Made by a program: the position numbers and the translations under genes
The notes under the pieces: generated by a model
Told to the model about the DNA's origin: nothing
Seen by the model: only the letters and a program-made list of their open reading frames with translations
Databases searched by the model: none
Source of the DNA: Monocercomonoides exilis PA203
Taxonomy: Eukaryota; Protista; Preaxostyla
NCBI GenBank assembly: GCA_001643675.2
Contig: LSRY02000007.1
Span: 1,550,001 to 1,614,000 of the forward strand
Length of the DNA stretch: 64,000 bases
Direction of reading: 5' to 3'
Shown here: piece after piece, positions 49,595-59,944 of the stretch
How positions within the stretch are numbered: position 1 is the first letter of the stretch
Layout: each line of letters starts with the position of its first letter

Positions 49595-51718
49595 ATGACG
49601 GCTTATTTTTTGGCTGTTGTTTTCCTTCAAAGTGTATGGAGTTATACATATTGGGGGGAGACTTATCCTATTGAGTCGTTAACATTAACAGGGTTTGTTC
49701 TATAATTTAAAACTTTTTTCTTAAACTTACTGTAAATTAGTGAACATGCTTATTATAGTTCACCTGGGATTTCTGGGATGCTGTATTGGAATTTTCGTGA
49801 TTATGTCAGATGCACATATGATGAGTGGTGGTGTACTCCGTCGAAATATGCACTTGCATATTTCGTTTCGGGAAGCGAAAGCTATATGTTAAATATTTCA
49901 CTTCAAGAGAATGTATCTACTCAATCAAGTTTTACTGGGCTTCGCTGGATTTGTGTGAACATGTTTTTTTTTTTTAATACGTTCTCAAAAATTCTTTTTT
50001 TCTCAGTTGGATGGAGAGAAGATTTTCTTTATGTTGACCTTATTTGTTCAGCAACAACAACTCAAACATTTGTTAAAACGTATGTATTTTGTATTTTTTG
50101 CTCTTCTGATATGTATATATACATATATTTATTCAAAATTTCACCACAAAAGAGTTACTTCATCTTCAACTAACTGGATGGTAACATTTCGCACTCCTTG
50201 TGCTTGCCCAAATTCTTCTGTAAATGAAACGACAGTCATAAAGAGGAATGACTACACTTTATTTCTTTCATTAGGGTTGGGACTTGGAATTCCCGTTGTG
50301 GTAATAATTGTGATATTATTGGTATTTTTCTGCTACAAAAAACGGTATAAACAATCTTTTTTAAATAAATTCTTATCTCTATTTTCTTGTCTGAACATAT
50401 TAATATCCTTTTATTCACAATGTGAAATTCAAATGATATTGAAATTATTCAAAATTTTTAAAAATTTAATAGCAAAACTCATAACACCGTCCATATTCCG
50501 TATCAGCAGACTGATGCGAACATTTCAGAGATCCGAAATGGCTCACGGCGAGGCACGACGATGATGCCCAACGGTAGAGACAGCAATGCTTCTGGCCAGC
50601 TGCTGAGCGGGGGAAGCAGAGGAGGAGGAAGAGGAGGAGGCAGAGGAGGTGGAGGAGGCATCTGGAGCGAGCTTGAGGAGGAAGAAGACGGCGAGGGAGG
50701 CAATTCTGGCGAGTGCGAGGTGATTCCGACGTTCACCTATCTGCGCGACCCGAAGAAGGACAAGCAGCCGAGTGGGGCAGGCGAAGGCAGCGAGATCCGC
50801 TCTGTGCAGACGTCGCTGGGGAAAGTGAGGTATGTTACGCTCTCTTCACCAGAGGAGACGCAACTTTCTTCTCCTTCTTCCTCTCCTTCTACCACTCCTT
50901 CTTCTTTTTCTCCTTCTTCTTCTCCTTCTCCAAATAAAGTGTCTGTCACACCTTCTGCATCAGCTTCCCGCCAGCAAGCTTCTAACGCTGCTGATAATTC
51001 TATTGCTTCTTCTCATTCTCTTTCTCCTTCCTCTTCCTCTTCCTCTTCCATTCAAATCAATTCAGTCAATTCTTCCAACCGTCAGCTCGAACAATCAACT
51101 GGTGGATTTCTTCCTCCTCCGCCGCCGCCGCCTTCTTCTCTGTTGGCATCGACTCATCGCTCTGCTGGCTTTGTTTCTGTGCCTGTCTCATCCAGACAGA
51201 CAATTAGTGCTTCTTCTTCTTCTCCTTCTTCTTCTTCTCATTCCTCTCTTTCTTCTTCTTCTGTTTCATCATCATCTTCTACTACTGCTGCTACCACTAC
51301 CATTACTTCTTTCCCTTCTTCTTCTGCACTGCCTCCACCAGCAACTGAGCACAAGCCATTGTATTATCTGAAGTCTAACCAACAATACCAACAATATCAA
51401 CAGAATCAATACAATCTGAGTCAAAATCAAAATCTGAATCAGAATCCGAATCCGAATCAAAATCAGATCCAAATGCAGACAGCAAATGCACATCAGCCAC
51501 AATTTTCACTTGTTGACCGTCGAATGCTACCTTCTGTCCAACAATATTATCTCTCTGCAAGTTCTGCTTCTCCCACCTTCTTTGGCAGAGCCAGTGGCAG
51601 CAGCAGCAGCAATGGAAGCAGTGGAAGTGGCAGTGGTACACGCCTTCAAGATAAGGGGATGGCAAATTCTTATTCTTATGCTCCTTATCCTTCATCATCT
51701 TCATTATCATCATCTTCT

Positions 51719-51750
<32 letters not shown>

Positions 51751-52093
51751 AGATAATTGTCAAACACCTTCCACTTCTCCAATTAATCAGATGGCGTTGC
51801 CTTCTCTTGCCTCTACTCCTCTCTCGCTGCCTGCTGCTCCTTCGAGCAATTTGGGAATATCACAAGCTTCTTCCTCCTTCTCTTCTTCTTCTCTTTCTTC
51901 CTCTTCTTCTTCTTTGGCCAATTCACAGATGAGTAAATCCTTCATATTTACCAAACCCCCTTCTGCTTCTTCTTCCTCTTCTTTATCAACGGACTCATCT
52001 TTTTTGAATCAATCCCAGCATCAAACACCAGAACAAGCTGTTGAAACAACAGAAACTGAAACAGTTGCAGATTCTGTTTCTGAGCAGGAATAA
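49595..52093 (+). CDS. Type I membrane protein with MRH (mannose-6-phosphate receptor homology / Atg27-like) luminal domain and long Ser-rich cytoplasmic tail, multi-exon
   Basis: Signal MTAYFLAVVFLQSVWS; LYWNFRDYVRC, LYVDLICS and WMVTFRTPCACP (MRH-like terminal T-x-x-AC); TM LFLSLGLGLGIPVVVIIVILLVFFCY followed by KKR. Splices into the 50561-52093 frame. Confidence 0.6.
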
Positions 52094-52480
52094 ATAAACG
52101 TGAATTTTTTGAGGTTATATAACTATTATCCCGTGACGATTGATGCGGGGGTTGATTGTTCAATATTTCTATAATATTGTTATCGGAAATTTTGAACAAT
52201 TTCCTCCTTCTGGAATCAAAGAATTACATATCTATTATTAACTTTTTGAATATTATATCTTATTGCTGCTTTATTTTGAGGACTTTGATTGCATTTATGT
52301 TATCTGTACATGCTTTCATTAAATTTTAGTTTTATGTTACAAAACATTTAGAGTTATGTTCTTTAGCTATGCGTAAGAGCGGTTTTTAACCACAAGTGAT
52401 TTGATCTTTTATAACCATTAGTTTTTTGAGATTTTGTATTTTTTTGAAAAAGCATTCTAATTCTTTTTAAATATAGCTTT

Positions 52481-54854
52481 ATGTCTTTGGAAATTTATCA
52501 AAAATGTCGAATACCTAGAGAATACTTTGCTGATATGCCATCATCCAATGACACAAACTTCATTATCGCCCAGCTGCTTTCAATGTTCACAAATACAACA
52601 GCTAAATATGTCAATATCCCAGAAAATTTAATAAAAGGTTTTTGTAATGCGAAAATATAGAATTTTCAAACAATAAAATTTCAAATTTCATTTTTTAAGC
52701 ATTAATTTTTGAAGCAAGATCTGTTTTTTTAAAAGAACCAACTGTCTTGGAATTGGATGCGCCAATTCAGATTTGTGGTGATATTCATGGTCAATTTTAT
52801 GATCTTTTGAGATTGTTTGAAGTGGGGGATTTTCCTCCAAACGTTTCGTATCTTTTTCTTGGGGGTTTGAGAATTTAATATTCAGTTAATTTATGAGATT
52901 CTTTGATATTTTTTTTTCAGATTATGTTGATCGTGGCGATTTTTCTCTTGAATGCATTATGCTTCTACTCTGCTATAAAGTTCGTTATCCAGACAAAATT
53001 TATCTTTTGAGAGGAAATCATGAATGTGCGAGTATTAATCAACTATATGGATTTTTTGATGAATGTTTTTCCAGATACTCTGAAAATCTATGGAGAATGT
53101 TTAATGAAATGTTTCAATGCCTTCCACTTTGCGCTGTATGCCTTAATTTTTTGTTTTTCGTCTTTTTAATTCAACAATTAATTTTTTTATTAATCTTTGA
53201 ACTTTAATATCTTTCAATTCTTCTTTAGATAATTGACAATCTAATATTTTGTACACACGGAGGCCTATCTCCGCAGTTAGAGACTCTAAATCAAATAAAA
53301 GCAATTACTCGTCCCGTATGCGTTCCCTCAAGAGGACTCATTTGCGACTTGCTTTGGGCAGATCCAGACAAAGACGTGAAAAAATGGGGTATAAACGATA
53401 GAGGAGCTTCTGTAACATTTGGTTCAGAGGCAATTGATGCGTTTTTACAGCGAAATGACTTCGATCTTATTGTGCGGGCGCATCAGGTGGTTGCGAACGG
53501 CTTTGAGCTGATGTTTGACGAGAAGCTGGTGACGCTGTTTTCAGCGCCGAATTACTGCAACGACTTCCAAAACAGCGGGGCCATCCTGTCTATCAACAAG
53601 CAGCACAATGTGGCGTTTAGTGTGATCCGCCCGCGGCAGACGCCGATCATAGTGGACGAGTCGAGCTGCATCCGGCGCTATCCGGCGGGGGCGACAAACA
53701 AGTGGGTGGTGGCTGTGATGTCGGGGAAGACAAAGCCACTGGAACTGATGCTCGGAATGGCATTAGCACAGGAAAAGCAGAGCACACAGCAAAGTGCCAC
53801 TCCGCCGCCTACTGCGTCAGAGAAGGAGAAGCACTGGGAAGGCACAAGCGAGGCGGTGAAGCGGTTTTATATGGACCAGATGGATGGGGCACAGACAGAA
53901 GATAATACGGAACAGGAACAGCAATCTCAGCAGCAACTTCAACAGCAGCAGGCAGAATCAAGTTCTTCCACTTCATCTTCATCCGTTTCATCATCATCAT
54001 CATCACCATCATCATCAACAACAACAACAGCTCCGATTGATGCACCATCATCTTCCATATCAACTCCTGTTCAGCCTCAGCGCCAGCTTCAGCAACCGTC
54101 TGGAATAAGACCCAACCCTTCTCTTGTCCACCAGTCGCGCTCAGCACCACGCCCTGTTTCAACTCCGTCTTCACTCACACCACGCAGACTACCAAACTCT
54201 CTTCAGAAGACAACTCCGCTTCAGCATCGGCACACACAGAAAGGATTCACTTCATTGGCCTCGCCTTCCCTTCCTTCCTCCTTCACATCCTCTGCTCCTT
54301 CTCCCTTGAAGCGCTCTCCCTCTTTGTCTCGCAGTGAGATGCTGCAGGGCCATCGGTCCACTTCTCCGTCTGCCACGCAGCCTCTCCAGTCTCCTCGTGT
54401 GCTGTGCCACTCGCCCGGGAAGCCGCGTCCTGAAGTGCGCCGCCAGCTCCACACGCAGACAGCTGTCGGGTCCGCGATGGCGGCTGCTCCGGGGCAGCAT
54501 TTCCAGCGCCCTGCTTCAGCTCCTTCGTCATACACATTCAACACTTCATCGTCAATGAGCCGGCTGGCTGCACTTTCCTCTTCGAATGCGTCTGTTGTGC
54601 CTCCATATCCTTACTCTTCGACGACTTCTACTGCGTTTCCTTATCCCTCTTCTTATTATGCAGCTTCCTCACACACTCCGCAGACTGTTAGTCAGTGCTC
54701 ATTTCATCCTTCGGCCTCTTTTTCTGTTCCTTCACAGACTTCATCTTCATCTATTTTTTCATATTCAACTCAGAATTCTTCATTCTCTTCTTTTGATAGC
54801 TCAATACAATCTCGACTTGAGAATTTGGCAACTGAAAGAGCACAACCGTCGTGA
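52481..54854 (+). CDS. PPP-family Ser/Thr phosphatase, PP1-like, with ~400-aa disordered C-terminal extension, 4 exons
   Basis: [65 protein letters not shown]. The start codon is inferred. Confidence 0.92.
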
Positions 54855-55079
54855 AATTATGTTCTAATAATTTATCTGATGTCATGTTTGATTTTTGCAA
54901 TTAACAAATTTTTCATTTCAAATTTTTTTAATGAGGGGAAAATATTTTTCGTTTCTTAACCTCTTTTTCGAGCTTTTTAAAGATAGTAGTTGGTTGAATT
55001 TTAATTATCTATTGAAAGCTCTTTTCAATTTTTTTTTTTTGAGACTTGATCAATTGCCCCATTTAAAACAAATAATTGA

Positions 55080-56618
55080 ATGTGTGCAACAAAGGCGGAA
55101 GAATATAAACCTGTGCTCACAAAGGAAACAATAAATCCACTTGTCTTGGAGGCGAAGTATGCGGTTAGAGGAAGAATTCCATCCAGGGCAGATGAGATCC
55201 AATCTGAAATTGACTCAGGAGAAAAATCAAAATGGCCATTTGAAAAAGTTATTTATTGCAATATCGGAAATCCTCAGCAGTTAGAACAAGAGCCATTGAC
55301 ATTCTACCGCCAAGTGTGCGCACTTGTGGTTTACCCCAAACTTTTAAAGGATCCCCACGTTGGAGAAATATTTCCTGTTGATGTTCGAGAAAGAGCTCAA
55401 TACATTATCGATCACACACCCGGAGGCATCGGGGCTTATTCAAAGAGTCAGGGTTTAGAATTTGTAAGAAAAGATGTTGCTGATTTCATTGGAAAAAGAG
55501 ACGGATTTCCTTGCAGTGCAAGATCAATTTTTCTAACTCAGGGAGCTTCACCTGGGATTCAAACTATTATGAACGTTTTCATACGTAAGCCGACTGATGG
55601 ATGTCTCGTTCCAACCCCTCAGTATCCTCTTTATTCCGGAAGCCTCGCGTTATATGGTGGAAGAAGAGTTCCATATTTTCTTGACGAAAAAACTGGATGG
55701 TCGCTTTCAGTCGCAGAAATGAAAAGGTCTCTTGATTCTGCAAAAGAATTTGGAATTGAAACTCGTGCAATTGTTGTAATAAACCCTGGCAATCCAACTG
55801 GAGCTTGCCTAACGGAACAGAATATATTGGATATTCTTCGTTTTGCTCGCAGAGAACACCTCATCGTAATGGCCGATGAAGTTTATCAAAAGAATATTTA
55901 CAGAAAAGAAGAAAAACCGTTTATTTCTTTCAGACAAGTTCTCCTGAAGAATGAAGCAGAGCTCAAAGGATTGGAATTGGTTTCTTTTAATTCGATTTCA
56001 AAGGGTTTCATGGGAGAATGCGGAATTAGAGGAGGGTATTTCCAAATGGAAAATGTTGACGAAGAAGTGCAACAAGAATTGGTGAAGTTGGCTTCACTTT
56101 CTCTTTGCCCAAATCTTATGGGACAAGTTATTGTTGATTTGATGGTAAAACCTCCAGCTGAATCTGAGCCAAGTTATGAACTCTATCAAAAAGAATCGGG
56201 AGACATTTTACGTTCATTAGCGAATAGGGCCAGACGTTTGAGCGAAATGTTGGACAATCTTCCATGCTGTTCTTGCCAGACTATAGAATCTTCTTTGTAC
56301 GCATTCCCTCAAATCTTTCTGCCACCCAAATTTATTGAAGAGGCCCAGCAAAAGGGAATCGATCCAGATGAATATTATTGCTTATCTCTTATTGAAAAGC
56401 AGGGATTGTGCATTGTTCCAGGAAGCGGATTTGAGCAAGAGAAAGGAACGCATCATGCAAGAATCACAATTCTTCCTCCAGAAAATCAATTTGATGCAAT
56501 AATTAGTAAGTTTGCACTGCACCATGAACAGATGTTAAAAGAATATGCAACTCCTGAATGGATTGATACCATTGAAAAAGAAAAAAAGAGAGTGAAAGAA
56601 GAATTCACAAAGAAATAA
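55080..56618 (+). CDS. GPT: Alanine aminotransferase (PLP fold type I), intronless
   Basis: AKYAVRG, YCNIGNPQQL, GAYSKSQG, PQYPLYS, VINPGNPTG, MADEVYQ, SFNSISKGFMGECGIRGGY (PLP Lys), IVPGSGFEQ. Confidence 0.97.
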   Translation: MCATKAEEYKPVLTKETINPLVLEAKYAVRGRIPSRADEIQSEIDSGEKSKWPFEKVIYCNIGNPQQLEQEPLTFYRQVCALVVYPKLLKDPHVGEIFPVDVRERAQYIIDHTPGGIGAYSKSQGLEFVRKDVADFIGKRDGFPCSARSIFLTQGASPGIQTIMNVFIRKPTDGCLVPTPQYPLYSGSLALYGGRRVPYFLDEKTGWSLSVAEMKRSLDSAKEFGIETRAIVVINPGNPTGACLTEQNILDILRFARREHLIVMADEVYQKNIYRKEEKPFISFRQVLLKNEAELKGLELVSFNSISKGFMGECGIRGGYFQMENVDEEVQQELVKLASLSLCPNLMGQVIVDLMVKPPAESEPSYELYQKESGDILRSLANRARRLSEMLDNLPCCSCQTIESSLYAFPQIFLPPKFIEEAQQKGIDPDEYYCLSLIEKQGLCIVPGSGFEQEKGTHHARITILPPENQFDAIISKFALHHEQMLKEYATPEWIDTIEKEKKRVKEEFTKK

Positions 56619-57274
56619 ATCGTATTCACAACGATTTTAAAATGTTGCTTTATAATGGAGCGTTAGAAATATTATTTTTGATACATGTGCGTGATGTATT
56701 TTATTAGTTCAGAGTGAAATGTTATTCTGTTATGTTTCATTTTACAACTGTTTTTAGAAATAATAACCAATATACGTTGAATGAGATTTTTAAGATCATT
56801 TTCTTAATAATGTTAATCCACTACAAATGCTCATATTAATAATGTGAGAATTTTTATTGATCTTCATTTCAAAATCTTTTTATAAATATGGTGATTCAAA
56901 TGATATAATTTGATTTTGGAAGGTTCAGCGAATTTTTTTATCTATTAGATAGAGATAATATTTCTAATTTTTAAATTATAGTCTCGTATATATTTTGATG
57001 TTTTATTAACAAAAATCTTGTAAATGTCATCTTTTTATTGCGACTTTATTCTTCATTGATTCAAAAACAATTCGAAATGAAAAAACAAAATGTGACGCAA
57101 AATAAACAAACAAACAAACAAAGAAACAAACAAACAAATAATAATAATTATAATAATAATAGGGTGCATATTTTATCTTGACCTCAAAAATTTATCTCAA
57201 CCTTTTTTTTGAAACTTTCTGAAGCTTTTTTCGAGCTTAGCAATGGTTTGAAACAAAAACAAAATAAATAGACT

Positions 57275-58661
57275 GGCATTAGTCGATTTGATCGACACCC
57301 TAAAATAATCAAAATTTCGGATTTCTTTTTGATAGAAATAACAAATTAGTAATAATAAATGTGTTTAAAGGCATTTGAGTTATGACATTAGGGTTTGAAG
57401 TGGGAAAAGGAGTTAAATAAAAAACTGTTCAGTGAATGCATTCCTTATCTTTTTCATCAATATGATCGCTATCAGAAGATCTGTCAGATGATATTTCTTC
57501 TGTTGCTGTTAAAGAAGAATCATCATCTCCGTCAGATTCTGTGGATTCTTCATCGCTAAATTCGATCGGAGTTCCCATTTTTTTTATTTTCCACTTCTTT
57601 GCAAAAAAACATGACCTCCGCAAATTCAGGAAATTCCATTGATTTTCTTTTTGTTGATACAAATTCTGCAATTATTTCGTCTTTATATCTATTTTGAATT
57701 CCACACGAAGGGAGAAATTTCCGAAATTCACTCCAAACAGCTTCAATGGTATTTGAACACACGCCCTTTTCAGTTTTATATCTGTATTTATGGCATACGG
57801 TGTGATGATCGAATCCCAATGATTTCAATGATGCATAAGCCTTCCATTCGTCGGAGTTGATTGAAGAACCTGGGGTAACGTTTGTCATTATTAAGGGTAA
57901 TTATTGCTCTTTTTTTCTGTTCTTAACTCTTATGATGATGAAATTTCCAAGATCTTCTCCAGTTTTTCTTTTTTCGACCATGCCAAAAAGCCAAATTTGC
58001 TTTTTTCTTCTTCCACGGTGATATTTTCTTCGTCTGAGCAGCATTTCATCAATTTCGACGATCTGTCCATCTTTTCCTAGCTGTTCAAAATTTTGACACG
58101 GGTTTGAAACTCGTACTTGTCGTGATAAATTCATGTAATATGAAACTGTGTCTTTATTTGCATTAAGCAACATACAAATATGATAATTTTTTAATCGAAT
58201 GAATATGAAGAGCAGCAAAAGTGATAATATCGAAATTCCCAATTTGGAATTTTTCATATGCGTATCTGCGAACACTGTTTTTCTTGATTTGCAATTCGGA
58301 CACCTAAAAATTCTATCTTGAACAGAATCCTTTGTGAAATACATTATTGATCCGCACTTCTCGCACTCCTTCTTTTTGTCCGATAAAATTTGTAATCTAA
58401 ACCAATCCCAGCAAATTTCTTCGTTATGAAACATTGAAAAATAAGATGAGATCTCCTTCTTTTCCTCCATTTAACAATTGTTTTTAATGATCATTATCCC
58501 TTTTATTAAAAAATTTTCTGTTTATTTTTGATAATAAAAATAGAAATAGATCCCAGATTTTCACGTTGTGACATTGTTCATATTAATAATAGATTTCATT
58601 TGATGCAAAAATTATACTGACTTATCGATTTTTTAGGGTGTCGATCTAATCGACTATTACC
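57275..58661 (-). mobile_element. Merlin / IS1595(ISXO2)-superfamily DNA transposon, 1387 bp, with 8-bp TSD
   Basis: TIRs GGCATTAGTCGATTTGATCGACACCCTAAAA and (reverse complement) GGTAATAGTCGATTAGATCGACACCCTAAAA. Identical flanking AATAGACT at 57267-57274 and 58662-58669. Internal transposase. Confidence 0.95.
57429..58470 (-). pseudogene. IS1595/Merlin DDE transposase, interrupted by an in-frame TAA (57901-57903) and a probable frameshift near 57605
   Basis: Zinc ribbon CEKC...CPNC; VEIDEMLLRRRKYHRGRR...WLFGMVE; SDEWKAY; HHTVCH; NTIEAVW. ORFs 57901-58470 and 57556-57888 are in the same frame (KKEQ*LPLIMTNV). Confidence 0.9.
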
Positions 58662-58844
58662 AATAGACTTTCTGATATATTTATTTTTCAGAATTCTGTT
58701 GAAAAAAATTATGAAATCTTTATGTTCTAAAAAATATTCAAAATTTTTATTATTTTTGGACCCAGATCAAAGACTTGCTGGCTTTGAAGCTATTATTTCT
58801 TAATGAACGTTTAAAGCCACAGCATCACAATTCCGCATTCCTAT

Positions 58845-59287
58845 ATTATTGTTTTTACTTGTTTTTGACTTTTTCAATTTAATTTTTGACCTTTTTTTCT
58901 CATATCACTGTTTTTGCTTAAAACACGATTTTTTTAATAAACAAGTGTTTGCGTCAAATTTTATTAAAAAGAAAAAAATATTCAAAATCTTATTTATTGT
59001 TTATTTGTATTAAGTTTTGAAACGAAAAGGAACTTTTCAAGAATTTGAACTGAAAAGCATGTATATATCATTTTTTTGTGTTTCAAATTACCAAACACTC
59101 ACAAATAAATTATCGTTTTAACACACAAGAATCGTTTTATTTTGATAATGTTTATGAATCATTTCAATGTATTTCAAAACAAATTCATATGTTTCTTTAA
59201 AACCGTGTTTTTAGAAAAAATGTGTGAAATGAGTAAAAGTGTTAAAAAAAACAAGTTGAGAAAGTTCAAAACTAGTTTAACTTATAA
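58845..59287. mobile_element. Degenerate MITE relic F (~100-bp imperfect TIRs)
   Basis: ACTTGTTTTTGACTTTTTCAA...CTCATATCAC...AAAACACGATTTT (58857-58935) aligns with the reverse complement of ~59199-59277 (ACTAGTTTTGAACTTTCTCAA...CTCATTTCAC...AAAACACGGTTTT). Confidence 0.55.
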
Positions 59288-59944
59288 AAAATGAACGATG
59301 TATTATGATATGGGTATTTTTTTTGAAAAGTCACAAAATATTAATTGATCTGAAAATCAGATCATTAATGATCAGAAAATGTTGATCATTCCGTTCCCAT
59401 CATATATTGTCCTTTATTTCAATTTGTAGCTTATTTGACTAATAATAATGTATTAAGTTTCAATATGATTCATTTCATATAAACTTTTAGTTTAATTGTT
59501 GTATGTGTATAAGTGCATATTCTTTTAGTCATTATTCATGATGAACAATCAAATGCAATTATTTTCAACCATTTCATTTCATACGTTTTTATATATGTCT
59601 TATTTTATTGTTTATTAACTAACTCCTTTTTCACATTATTCAATTTCCAACAAAGGAATGATTAAACATATCTTTTCTTGTAATTCTTATTCATATTTAT
59701 GATTTTGAAGAATACAACACTAAAAAGCTTTAAATGCACGAATTCATTCAAAGTTGTGCGAATAGAACGTATATACATGTTAAAAAATGCTTCAAACAAT
59801 CTTTCAATTGAAAGGTTCTTGTATTATTAATTTCAAAATCACTCTTATTTTTCATCTTTCAGTTTAAATGATGTTTCAGACGCTTTGAAATTAACAGCAT
59901 CAAAAGTTTCAGAATCAAAAGCGTACAACATAAAAAGTTAAATT

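Noticed and set aside
52118-52162. GC-rich hairpin (CCCG-TGACGATTGATG-CGGG) downstream of the MRH gene, considered as SECIS or K-turn
   Set aside because: Too short for SECIS geometry, and the upstream gene has no in-frame TGA.
57901-57903. In-frame TAA as evidence for a TAR=Gln genetic code in the host
   Set aside because: Importin, CK1, CCT6 and ALT all end at TAA, and long Gln-rich ORFs use only CAA/CAG.
57160-58780. Possible older MITE into which Merlin inserted
   Set aside because: The inverted similarity of the flanks is weak and could arise by chance in AT-rich DNA.
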